54,029 nucleotides of DNA, taken from Candidatus Micrarchaeota archaeon. GTDB lineage: Archaea; Micrarchaeota; Micrarchaeia; Anstonellales; Bilamarchaeaceae. The notes beneath the pieces were generated by a model, which had not been told where the DNA came from, searched no databases, and saw only the letters and a list, made by a program, of their open reading frames with translations. The stretch lies in NCBI GenBank assembly GCA_043809425.1, contig JAZDDV010000070.1:1-54029 (forward strand). The letters are read 5' to 3'. The position numbers were made by a program, and so were the translations under genes. Below are positions 1-8,281 of this stretch, piece by piece; the stretch's first letter is position 1; each line of letters starts with the position of its first letter.

Positions 1-737
1 AATTCGCCATGCGGGTCAATGATGATTATGCGAACGTTATCTTTGTACTTGGCTTCTATTGCCTTGAGCATCACGTAGAGCGCCTTGCTCTTGCCAGAAC
101 CTGACGTACCGGCGATTATTGTGTGCTGGAATGGGTCGAAATTATCCACGCCCAGCGTTATGCCGGTTTCCTCAAAAATCGGGTACTGTGATGTCATGGA
201 CATCTTTTTCGGTATGGGCTCCAGCACCTCGATGTAGATTGAAGAGCTCTTCTCCAGGTCTATCTTGAAGAACTTCTGCGGGTTAGTGATGGTGACGATG
301 CCTTTCCTTCCCTTCTCGTCTGTTGCTGAGCCAGTGACTACGTAGCCGCCAAGGAATTTGGTCACGTTGAGTACAAGCTCTTCTATGCTGCCCTTCAGCA
401 TGAAATCAAGAAGGTCATAGCGCGAACCGTCTATCATGAAAAGGCGCGGTACTGGGAAAAACGAGCCCTTCCGCGGTTCCAGATCGCTGACTTCTGAAAG
501 TCTGAACGGGAAGACCAATGCCGTCAGGTTTCGCAGATGCGGTTTCTCCTTCATGTAGAACTTAATCGTGTTGTTCTGCCGCCTTACGATCATCTGTATG
601 GCATTTAACGCCAGCATATCGGAAAAGTCGAGAAAGCCGAAAAGCGGAAGCTTGGCTTTCACTACCGTATTGAAGAAGTTCTGGATCTCTGTCTCTCCTA
701 CTTTTTCTAAGTAGAGATTTGCTTCCCGGACTTTCAT
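1..737 (-). CDS. HerA/VirB4-class (DUF87-type) P-loop ATPase, N-terminal 245 codons; 3' part lies beyond the window start
   Basis: Not in the ORF track because there is no stop in the window. My translation from ATG 735-737 reads MKVREANLYLEKVGETEIQNFF...HTIIAGTSGSGKSKALYVMLKAIEAKYKDNVRIIIIDPHGE and stays open to position 1. Walker A GTSGSGKS followed by hhhDPHGE is the HerA/DUF87 signature. Confidence 0.6.
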   Translation of the reverse strand, partial: MKVREANLYLEKVGETEIQNFFNTVVKAKLPLFGFLDFSDMLALNAIQMIVRRQNNTIKFYMKEKPHLRNLTALVFPFRLSEVSDLEPRKGSFFPVPRLFMIDGSRYDLLDFMLKGSIEELVLNVTKFLGGYVVTGSATDEKGRKGIVTITNPQKFFKIDLEKSSSIYIEVLEPIPKKMSMTSQYPIFEETGITLGVDNFDPFQHTIIAGTSGSGKSKALYVMLKAIEAKYKDNVRIIIIDPHGE

Positions 738-962
738 CTCGTTACACCGTCATTACAAACAATTCAGTTATGCCTGAAAGAGTTTAAAAATACTGTAGCC
801 GGCGCCACAGTCGGCAGTTTCCCGCTGCTGGAACTGATACAAAAGGAAACAGGAAACATATTCGAGGACGAGAAGAAGCAACTCGGCCTGTCTGATTTTG
901 TATAAAAACAACTAACAAAAGCTATTTAAACCAATTTATACACAGTAGACTAGGGAACGGGT

Positions 963-3900
963 ATGAGAAATTACATAATCCTGCTAGTTTTAGTGTGTTT
1001 TATACATGTTTTGACTTCGGCTTCTGTGCCAGCTGCCTTTGCGGTGAAGGATCCGTGGGATGACAGAGCCTGGCTTAACGGCTGGTACACTGCTGCGGTC
1101 TGTATTGGGCAGCAGACAAACGCAAGCAGCTATACGCCTTCCAACGCGCCAAAAATGCCTCTAGGCACGTGGGTTAAGGCAACAGGCGATCTGAACAATT
1201 ACATCTCGTATGGTACAGAAGGCGTCAGCTACAACGAACCGTATGTTTACGCGTACAGTTGCAACTGTGACGCGCATGGTTGCAGTATCTGCTACGAATG
1301 CCGCTACAATGAAAAGTACACGACTATCGCAGGCATGGGTTATACAACAGGCGCCTGGGACTTGGAGAAGTACCAAACCACGCTGAAGAGTTTCGCGCTT
1401 AACAATGTAAACTACGCCTTCATTGGCGATAATAAGGGAGTGAAAAGCGCATTGGAAAACGCCCGCTCGCGCTATGCAGCTGCGCAAACTGCCTATGAAA
1501 ACTGCAAAGGCTCAGACAGCTACGAGCCAACGCAACAGCTTGCCGCAACCTATGGCGACAGCCACACAAAAAGATATTTTGAATTCAGTCAGGTGCTAGC
1601 GTTTTTACATCCGAAAATGCTGAAAGTGGCAGGCGCGCCATGCAGCGTAAGCGTGCCAGCGGCTCCAAACGGACCGGCATGCAAGAGTTATCCGCTACGA
1701 TGGAAAGAAACTTCTCGCGGCGCGTTGGATGCGCTTGGAAAAAGTTTCATGACAGCAGATGCGCGCGTTCAGGAACTAAAAACTGAGTTTAACAGACTTG
1801 ATTTTGCCGGCATTTGTGCTGGAGATTACCGGGAAACGCCAAAAGCAACTTGCGATGAAGCAAAATCTGCGGTGGCAACGATAACTTCCGGAAGAAAAGA
1901 AGCAACCTACGGACAGCTCACCACGGCAACCGAAAGAAAAACCGAGATGCAGAAGAAAGCCTATTGTTTTCCGCCTGATTTTAGCGATTATTCAGCAACA
2001 ATGGAACTGCTTTGGAAGGACAATAGCGGCTTCATACCTCTTGTGCTTGCTCTGAAGCAGAGAAGCACTTCTGCATTTTCCGAAGCCAACGCAATCTACA
2101 CCAACCGCTCTAAGCAGGCAAACGAAAGATCTGCTGCACTGGCAAAAAAGAAAATTGAGTTGGATGGCAGTAAACTGAACCTAATCAAAGAAGCAGTGAT
2201 AACAAATGGTTTCGATGAAAAGAGAATAGGAACAATCGCTGAAAGAGTTGCACGTTTTAGTACAACGAAGGTGCAGGCAGATACGCAGATGAAAGATGCA
2301 GGCAGGGCCTATGCAAAAAAGCAGAAAAACTACCTGCGCGATGCGACTGTCAAGGCAAATGCTGCTTTGGCGCTCTACAGTGGAATGGAAAACGAAGCAG
2401 ACCTAATTTTATCAGACGCAAGTATGATTACGGAAACAAAGCGGCAGGCTGCAGAAGTACTGACGCAGCAGGCAGGAGCGCTTTATCAACGGGGGAAAAA
2501 TGAAAAGGTAGGCTCCTACTACAAGCAAGCCCAAGCCCAGCTGACAAAAGCTGCAGCTGCAAAAACAATTGGAGAAAAATACACCTACTACGCGGCAGCG
2601 GCAACAGCAGCACGCATGGCATTAAACAATGGAAATATTCTTGAAAATGAAACTATGCCTCTGGTAAGCCAGCTTGACGATCTGGTTAGAAGGGCTGAAA
2701 TGGATGAGATAAACGTAGCAAGTGAAAAAGAATCGCTAAATGCAATGAAACAAAGCAAAAAATACGATACGGCAGCATTGCAACGTATTTTTGAAAGCAT
2801 AATAAGGAAAGCAGACCTGAAATACGGAGACTTGAGTGACATTAAGGCAGAATTAATGGTTAACATAACTGCGTCGCAGGATTGCGGCAGTGATTTGGCT
2901 AGCGACGTACAACGGGCTGATAAAGGATTTGTAACTGCTGCAGGCATTGATTATATGAATGCACTCGGCAGCCTCAAGAAGATAAGAGAAGAATACGGCT
3001 TTGTTTCTGAGGCGCTGACTGGCTGCGAAATTAAAATGCTGCTATCAGACCTGCGCATAGACAGCAGCGTACGGACAAATGGCAGCATAAAACTGGATAA
3101 GCCAGGGCATTTGAGCGTTACTCTGCTGGTAATGAATCTTGGTACGCGGATTGGCAGGAACCTGGATATGCCTGTTGCACTTAGCTACGACGGACCGCTT
3201 GCAATTTCAGATATACGCGCCGGTAAGGACCGAATATCTGCAATTAGGCTGGCAAATAGAACGAATGTCTTTACTGTGACTGAGATACGGCCGCTTAGGA
3301 CTTTTTCAGTGCAACTGGAAAAGGATGTTATACTGGCGAAAACGCTTGCAACAAAAAGAACAGGCATTGGAAAAAGCGATGGAAGCGTTGATGTAACTGA
3401 AGAAAAAACAATTGAAACTTACGCGGCAGGCAATTTGGAAACGCCTCTTGGCACAGGCGTACTGGTAGATGGTGGAGCTGCTACTGCTGTCAACATTGGC
3501 CAGCACACGCTTGTAAGCACGTATAATCTCAAGGAAGGTTATGAGCGAACAGAGCAGGTGGTAACTACAAAACTAGGCACAAGTGTGCAGGTGGAAAAGA
3601 AAATAACGCTGCTGCCAAAAACAGACATAACGACCATGCCATTTGCATTTGCAGTAAACTATCCTGAGGTAAGCGGACTGACTGTTACTGCAGATGGCGC
3701 AACCATAGCCAATAAACAGTGCGACGTTTCCGGCTGTGCGCTGGACCTAGCTGGCTTAAAAGAAGGGAACGCGGCAAAAATACTAGTGAGTTTCACTGTG
3801 CTTGATGCGACTGCGAATCTTCCTTCAACCCCCGTTGTAGTACCGAAGATAGATGACTGTCTTGGAAGCGGGAAAAACTGCGGCGCCCTGCCTGCTGATT

Positions 3901-5084
3901 TGAATACTACTATAGAAGATCTGAACACGGCCATAAAAGAGAATGATACAGCTACTGCAATCGAACTGAAGGAAAAGGCTGAAGCAGAAATAGCAGAATG
4001 GCAGCGAGAACAGGAAAAGACCTACAACGAGCTTATGGAATTAAAAGAACAGGCACAAACAGAGTTAGAAGAACTGCAGGTAGCGCTTGCAAACAACAGC
4101 ACAAACAGCAGCCTTTACGAAGCGCTGACCGAAAGAAAAGAGGAACTTGAAGGAGCATTAGATCAGGCGGCTGCAGCAACAAGCATAACTGACGAGGTTG
4201 CAGTGCTAAAAAATATCGCTGGGGAAACCACAACCGGCGTAGTAAGCGATTTCCTGGAAGAAAGCTGGAAAAAGTATAATGACCTGAAAGTACGGCTTGC
4301 CGAAGCAGGCGTGCAAATAACGCCGCAGGAATTTATAGACGTGGAAAGCCAACTCGGAGAGCTGGAGCTTGCTAAGGACCCGCAAACTGCGCTTAAACTA
4401 ACTGAAGCGCTGGCGGCGGCAGAGAAACTGGTGGCAGATGAAGAGCAAAACGCAACCGGGCAGCTTGTAATTATGGAACAGAACTATGCGGAAATCAAAG
4501 CAAATGTAACTGCGCTGCTTTCAAAATACGCCAGCCAAAACAATGAAGCAAAAGGCAGCGAGTGGGAAGGACTGTTTTCTCTGGATACGGTCAAAATAGA
4601 CGGACTGTTACAGGAAATAGACCAGTACATTGCTGAAAAAAATATCGGTATGGTAACAATAAAACTAGAACAGCTGCAGAAGAAGCAGGGAAAAATAGAA
4701 GAAGCGCTTGCGGCTGCAAAAGACGAAGCTGAGAATATGTTGGCGACAGTACGTGATGCCTTCGAAGATAAAAAGCAGAGTCTAACGGCTGAACTAGCAG
4801 ATGCAGTTGGAAGCCAGCTAACTACCATGCTTGCAAATATCGGCGCAGGAAAATATATTCAGGCACTGAAGATCGGAAAGGAAGTGTTGACCCAATTGAC
4901 TGGCTACACAACTGAAACATTTAATCCTTTACTTGCTGTTTTGGCAGTGGTAACCGTCGGTGCTGCGGTTGGAGTTTACTATTGGAAAAAGACGGGTAAT
5001 GAAAATAGCGGGGGAGGAATAAACCTGCCGCTACTGAAGAAAAAGAAAAAAGAATTCAGAAAGCTGGCCAGGTCCGAAGAGTAG
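963..5084 (+). CDS. Giant secreted surface protein (1373 aa): signal peptide, Cys-rich head, two long alpha-helical/coiled-coil regions, central beta-rich module, single C-terminal TM anchor and Lys-rich tail
   Basis: Longest ORF in the window. N-terminal hydrophobic signal (IILLVLVCFIHVLTSASVPAAFA). 12 Cys between aa 47 and 335, including CNCDAHGCSICYEC. A/E/K/Q-rich heptad-like stretches. C-terminal LLAVLAVVTVGAAVGVYYW followed by KKTG...LLKKKKKEFRK. Confidence 0.85.
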   Translation: MRNYIILLVLVCFIHVLTSASVPAAFAVKDPWDDRAWLNGWYTAAVCIGQQTNASSYTPSNAPKMPLGTWVKATGDLNNYISYGTEGVSYNEPYVYAYSCNCDAHGCSICYECRYNEKYTTIAGMGYTTGAWDLEKYQTTLKSFALNNVNYAFIGDNKGVKSALENARSRYAAAQTAYENCKGSDSYEPTQQLAATYGDSHTKRYFEFSQVLAFLHPKMLKVAGAPCSVSVPAAPNGPACKSYPLRWKETSRGALDALGKSFMTADARVQELKTEFNRLDFAGICAGDYRETPKATCDEAKSAVATITSGRKEATYGQLTTATERKTEMQKKAYCFPPDFSDYSATMELLWKDNSGFIPLVLALKQRSTSAFSEANAIYTNRSKQANERSAALAKKKIELDGSKLNLIKEAVITNGFDEKRIGTIAERVARFSTTKVQADTQMKDAGRAYAKKQKNYLRDATVKANAALALYSGMENEADLILSDASMITETKRQAAEVLTQQAGALYQRGKNEKVGSYYKQAQAQLTKAAAAKTIGEKYTYYAAAATAARMALNNGNILENETMPLVSQLDDLVRRAEMDEINVASEKESLNAMKQSKKYDTAALQRIFESIIRKADLKYGDLSDIKAELMVNITASQDCGSDLASDVQRADKGFVTAAGIDYMNALGSLKKIREEYGFVSEALTGCEIKMLLSDLRIDSSVRTNGSIKLDKPGHLSVTLLVMNLGTRIGRNLDMPVALSYDGPLAISDIRAGKDRISAIRLANRTNVFTVTEIRPLRTFSVQLEKDVILAKTLATKRTGIGKSDGSVDVTEEKTIETYAAGNLETPLGTGVLVDGGAATAVNIGQHTLVSTYNLKEGYERTEQVVTTKLGTSVQVEKKITLLPKTDITTMPFAFAVNYPEVSGLTVTADGATIANKQCDVSGCALDLAGLKEGNAAKILVSFTVLDATANLPSTPVVVPKIDDCLGSGKNCGALPADLNTTIEDLNTAIKENDTATAIELKEKAEAEIAEWQREQEKTYNELMELKEQAQTELEELQVALANNSTNSSLYEALTERKEELEGALDQAAAATSITDEVAVLKNIAGETTTGVVSDFLEESWKKYNDLKVRLAEAGVQITPQEFIDVESQLGELELAKDPQTALKLTEALAAAEKLVADEEQNATGQLVIMEQNYAEIKANVTALLSKYASQNNEAKGSEWEGLFSLDTVKIDGLLQEIDQYIAEKNIGMVTIKLEQLQKKQGKIEEALAAAKDEAENMLATVRDAFEDKKQSLTAELADAVGSQLTTMLANIGAGKYIQALKIGKEVLTQLTGYTTETFNPLLAVLAVVTVGAAVGVYYWKKTGNENSGGGINLPLLKKKKKEFRKLARSEE

Positions 5085-5087
5085 TGG

Positions 5088-5097
5088 GTTTTTAAAT
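5088..5097 (+). promoter_or_regulatory. TATA-like element GTTTTTAAAT about 25 nt upstream of ATG 5118
   Basis: Lies in the 33-nt spacer after the fibre gene stop (5082-5084). The spacing matches the other putative leaderless promoters in this window. Confidence 0.4.
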
Positions 5098-5117
5098 GAT
5101 TTTTGAGAAGTAGTATT

Positions 5118-5372
5118 ATGGTAAGTGGACTTGAACTAGGATTGTCAAACATTTCTGCATTTTTGCTAACCATTGCCCCAGTCATAGGAATAATTTTGTT
5201 TGTTCTTGGGGGGATTATCTACGGACTTTCCTATACGCAGCCCGCGGAAAACCGCGGCAAATGGCAGAGCGCTGGGATGAATATGGCAATCGGCGGAATA
5301 ATCATTGCCGTCATGGCAGGTGCAGCAACCATGATAATGAACTGGGCTTCTGGCGCGCTCACGAGCTCTTAG
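5118..5372 (+). CDS. Small two-TM hairpin membrane protein (84 aa from ATG 5118; 89 aa if TTG 5103), VirB2/TrbC-like layout
   Basis: Two hydrophobic helices (ISAFLLTIAPVIGIILFVLGGIIYGL and MAIGGIIIAVMAGAATMIMNWA) are joined by the charged loop SYTQPAENRGKWQSAG. The gene sits immediately downstream of the giant surface protein. Confidence 0.6.
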   Translation: MVSGLELGLSNISAFLLTIAPVIGIILFVLGGIIYGLSYTQPAENRGKWQSAGMNMAIGGIIIAVMAGAATMIMNWASGALTSS

Positions 5373-5839
5373 TTTTTTCTTTTCTCTTCTAATTTTTTGT
5401 AGATGCGCGTTATGTTCTTCCAATGGCCACCCTCCCAATAGATTTTGCCGCAATTTTTGCAGAGCCAGAATTTTTTCTGCATCTGGTAGACGCTTTCCGG
5501 CACCTTGTCTTTTACCGCATCTTTTTCTGCCAGGAACAGCTCACCGTTGCATTTCGGACAGCGTGTTTCTTCAGGAAATTTGAAAATATGCTTGCCGGTT
5601 GCCACCTCGATTTCAGCAAGCTGCTCGGCTACATCTGTTGAAACTATAAAGATGCACTGCAGGTTTTGCTTTTTCGCGCGCAGTGAAAGCTGGGCATCGC
5701 GCGTGACAAGAATCTTGCCACTCTTCTTCGCCAACAGCAGGATTTCATCATCGCTGCCGCGGGCGAATAAACTGTCGACGCCAAAAATGCGAGCCCATTT
5801 TGCAGTCTTCATCAGCATCTCATCAAATAGCAGCTGCAT
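5369..5839 (-). CDS. Mut7-C (DUF82) PIN-like nuclease domain protein with C-terminal zinc ribbon
   Basis: MQLLFDEMLMKTAKWARIFGVDS matches the family N-terminus (FL.D.MLG.LARWLR.LGYD). CPKCNGEL...CKNCGKIYWEGGHW is the family zinc ribbon. Start taken at ATG 5839 rather than the track start 5857. Confidence 0.75.
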   Translation of the reverse strand: MQLLFDEMLMKTAKWARIFGVDSLFARGSDDEILLLAKKSGKILVTRDAQLSLRAKKQNLQCIFIVSTDVAEQLAEIEVATGKHIFKFPEETRCPKCNGELFLAEKDAVKDKVPESVYQMQKKFWLCKNCGKIYWEGGHWKNITRIYKKLEEKRKN

Positions 5840-5970
5840 GACGTAAATAATCAGCAAAAGAATATTAAGCAGTAGTTTAAACCCACAAAAAACCGCAAAA
5901 AGAAACCTTTATAAATCCACGTGTTGAATATACACACAACACTATAAATTACCAATATGGGGGTTTGGGT

Positions 5971-6576
5971 ATGGAAAACACGGAACTAATTTTGAAGGAT
6001 TTGGGTAGCGCTAATTTTGAATGTAGGAGGAGCGCAGCGACAAGGCTCTGTGAGGCGGCCTACTGCGGAGAGGACTTGTCGCAATTTTATATAAGGCTCG
6101 GCAGATTGCTGGAAGACTCGGACGTTGGAACGCGAAGTTCTGCAGCGGCGGCTTTGACCTACACGCAGATGGCCCGCCGCGGCTTCAAACATGCGATGCA
6201 GCTTCTTTCTCACCGGGATTATTACGTAAAAAGCAATGCGGCCGGCGCGGTCATGGACTACTACCTGAAAACCCGCTATCTGGAAGGAATCCAGGCAATG
6301 CTCATGTATTCTGACCCGGTTGTGGCAATCCAGGCAGTATGGAAAGTGAATAACTTCATTCCAACATGCAAGAGCATAGCCCAATTGCAGGAGCTGAAGA
6401 AATTGGTGAAAACAAGCTGCAACGGCAATTCCGGATGGCTTGTCAGGGAAATTATTGTAAGAATGCGAACGATCGCTGACGGGCTTGCAGAGATGGCGCT
6501 AGTCCCACAAAGACGGGCAATACCCGCAGCTACTGCTAGACCGCAGGAAAAACTAGCTGTAAGAAGAATGGGATGA
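5971..6576 (+). CDS. HEAT/armadillo-like repeat protein (hypothetical)
   Basis: Repeated helical units with D..VR..AA.AL-like motifs (DSDVGTRSSAAAAL, DYYVKSNAAGAV, DPVVAIQAVWKV). TATA-like CTATAAATT at 5942-5950 supports ATG 5971; TTG 5965 is the alternative. Confidence 0.55.
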   Translation: MENTELILKDLGSANFECRRSAATRLCEAAYCGEDLSQFYIRLGRLLEDSDVGTRSSAAAALTYTQMARRGFKHAMQLLSHRDYYVKSNAAGAVMDYYLKTRYLEGIQAMLMYSDPVVAIQAVWKVNNFIPTCKSIAQLQELKKLVKTSCNGNSGWLVREIIVRMRTIADGLAEMALVPQRRAIPAATARPQEKLAVRRMG

Positions 6577-6586
6577 AAAAGAAAAA

Positions 6587-6892
6587 TCAGCTAAGTGAAA
6601 TCTTCACGAAAACGTTGGTGGGGACTTTCACTTTAAGGATCTGCTTAAGGTACTTCTCGTTTCCTTCAACTTCGATAAGCCTCTTGTAGAGCCTCTTTTC
6701 CCAACGCTCATACGTATCGCTGCCGTCTCCGCAGGGAGTCCTTCTGCAGGCTATCACGAACTGCCTCCTCGGTAGCCTGACCGGGCCCACAAAGTTCATG
6801 CCAAGAGTCTTTGCAAGCTCTTTTATCTGACTGGAGACGTTTTCAAGCGCTCCGGGATCTTCACCGCTAAGCTTTATTCTTATTTTAGACAT
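6587..6892 (-). CDS. rps10: 30S ribosomal protein uS10
   Basis: MSKIRIKLSGEDPGALENVSSQIKELAKTLGMNFVGPVRLPRR... has typical uS10 length and motifs. Confidence 0.93.
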   Translation of the reverse strand: MSKIRIKLSGEDPGALENVSSQIKELAKTLGMNFVGPVRLPRRQFVIACRRTPCGDGSDTYERWEKRLYKRLIEVEGNEKYLKQILKVKVPTNVFVKISLS

Positions 6893-7010
6893 TCGATCAC
6901 TCTTACTATTAATGTTTAATTGCGGATTTTAGTTAAGCCTCGTAAGATATTTAAATCCATGTTTTGGTTGCCAGCCGTAGGCATTTAAAGCAATGCGCAG
7001 ATTTCTATTC

Positions 7011-7736
7011 ATGCAGTTGAAAAAATCCCTTGGCCAAAACTTTCTCCGGGATGAAAACATCCTGCGGAAGGAAGCGGCTCTGGCAAACGTTGCTGGCAAA
7101 ACCGTGCTTGAAATCGGACCGGGTGATGGGCGACTGACTGAAAAATTACTGGAGCAAAAGCCGAAGAAACTGATTTGTGTGGAAAAAGATCTGCGATTCG
7201 TGCAGCTATTGGAAGAAAAATTCGCTGCTGCAAAGAACATTCAGATAGTAAATGCTGATTTTCTTGATTATGAGCTGCCTTCAGTTGACATAGTAATTGG
7301 CAATATTCCCTACTATATCTCGTCTGACATAATTTTCAAGCTAAAAGACGAAAAAATTGAAACTGCCATCATCATGGTGCAAAAAGAATTTGCGGAAAAG
7401 ATGGTTGCCAAGCCAAATGCGGCAAACTACGGCCGCCTAAGCGTCACGTCGCAGCTATTCTTCCATGTGCAGCTAGCTTTCAAGGTATCACGGCATCTTT
7501 TTACCCCTCGACCAAAGGTGGACTCGGCAGTAATCGTGCTGAAACCTACTGGTATTGAGCTTACGGCTGCGCAGGAAGACCTGATAAGAAAGATGTATCA
7601 GCAGAAAAACAAAAAGGTGCGCAACAGCCTGCGCGATGTTGGAGCTAAATGGGCGGAAAGAAGGCCGCGCACATTAAACGCAGTGGAAGTGCTTGAAATA
7701 ATCAAAAACTATTCGGAAAATTCTTCTGCTTCGTAA
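7011..7736 (+). CDS. rsmA: 16S/18S rRNA dimethyladenosine transferase (KsgA/Dim1)
   Basis: KKSLGQNFL, VLEIGPGDGRLT and GNIPYYISS motifs. TATA-like ATTTAAAG at 6983-6990 is 25 nt from ATG 7011 but only about 6 nt from the track start 6993. Confidence 0.9.
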   Translation: MQLKKSLGQNFLRDENILRKEAALANVAGKTVLEIGPGDGRLTEKLLEQKPKKLICVEKDLRFVQLLEEKFAAAKNIQIVNADFLDYELPSVDIVIGNIPYYISSDIIFKLKDEKIETAIIMVQKEFAEKMVAKPNAANYGRLSVTSQLFFHVQLAFKVSRHLFTPRPKVDSAVIVLKPTGIELTAAQEDLIRKMYQQKNKKVRNSLRDVGAKWAERRPRTLNAVEVLEIIKNYSENSSAS

Positions 7737-8281
7737 ACAAAGAACTTGGTGCCTGGCTGCTTCCAACCGTCTGGCTCAAGCCCTGCCTTCATGCTAAGAT
7801 GCTGCAAAAACTCAATCTTATCCGGCAGTTCTTCCCAAACAACAGGAAGAAATGTGGCTCGTGCAGTATGCCGCTGCAGGATAAGACCGTGCTTATGTGG
7901 AATAAGTTTTTTCAGCAAGTCACCCGGGCCCTTAACTGGAAACTCCTTCGGCTCTGTAAGGTAGGATATGCTTATTTTCACCTGTTTTAGTTCTTCTGGA
8001 GTAAGAGGATAGAATCTGGTGTCGCCAAACGCTGAAGCAAGAGAATTATCAATAACGTCTTTGAAAAGCTGCTGGTGCGCTTCCAAACTGCCAACACAAC
8101 CGCGCAGCTGGCCGCCCAGTTTAAGCGTAACGAAGCACGCGCCTTCTTTCACAAGTTTTTCAGATGGCACTTCGTCTGGCGCAAGTTCCAACCTCTGCTT
8201 AGTAGCAAAATAGTACTCTATTGACCTGCGTGCAAGCGCCAGCAAAAACTTCTTTTCTTCCTTACTTAGTTTCTCAGACAT
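7709..8281 (-). CDS. AMMECR1 domain protein
   Basis: GACFVTLKLGGQLRGCVGSLEA is the AMMECR1 core motif. Start taken at ATG 8281 (MSEKLSKEEKK); the track extension to 8479 would overlap the upstream gene by about 200 nt. Confidence 0.85.
   Translation of the reverse strand: MSEKLSKEEKKFLLALARRSIEYYFATKQRLELAPDEVPSEKLVKEGACFVTLKLGGQLRGCVGSLEAHQQLFKDVIDNSLASAFGDTRFYPLTPEELKQVKISISYLTEPKEFPVKGPGDLLKKLIPHKHGLILQRHTARATFLPVVWEELPDKIEFLQHLSMKAGLEPDGWKQPGTKFFVYEAEEFSE

Noticed and set aside
780-905. Possible C/D-box sRNA or other ncRNA in the 225-nt divergent spacer (CTGA motifs at about 830 and 890)
   Set aside because: I found no convincing C box (RTGATGA), terminal stem or guide arrangement. The region is adequately explained as a divergent promoter with TATA-like boxes.
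5030-5065. A-rich run (CTGAAGAAAAAGAAAAAAGAATTC) as a possible programmed frameshift or slippery site near the end of the giant gene
   Set aside because: It encodes the Lys-rich cytoplasmic tail (LLKKKKKEF) in frame and the stop follows shortly after. No alternative-frame ORF continues from it.
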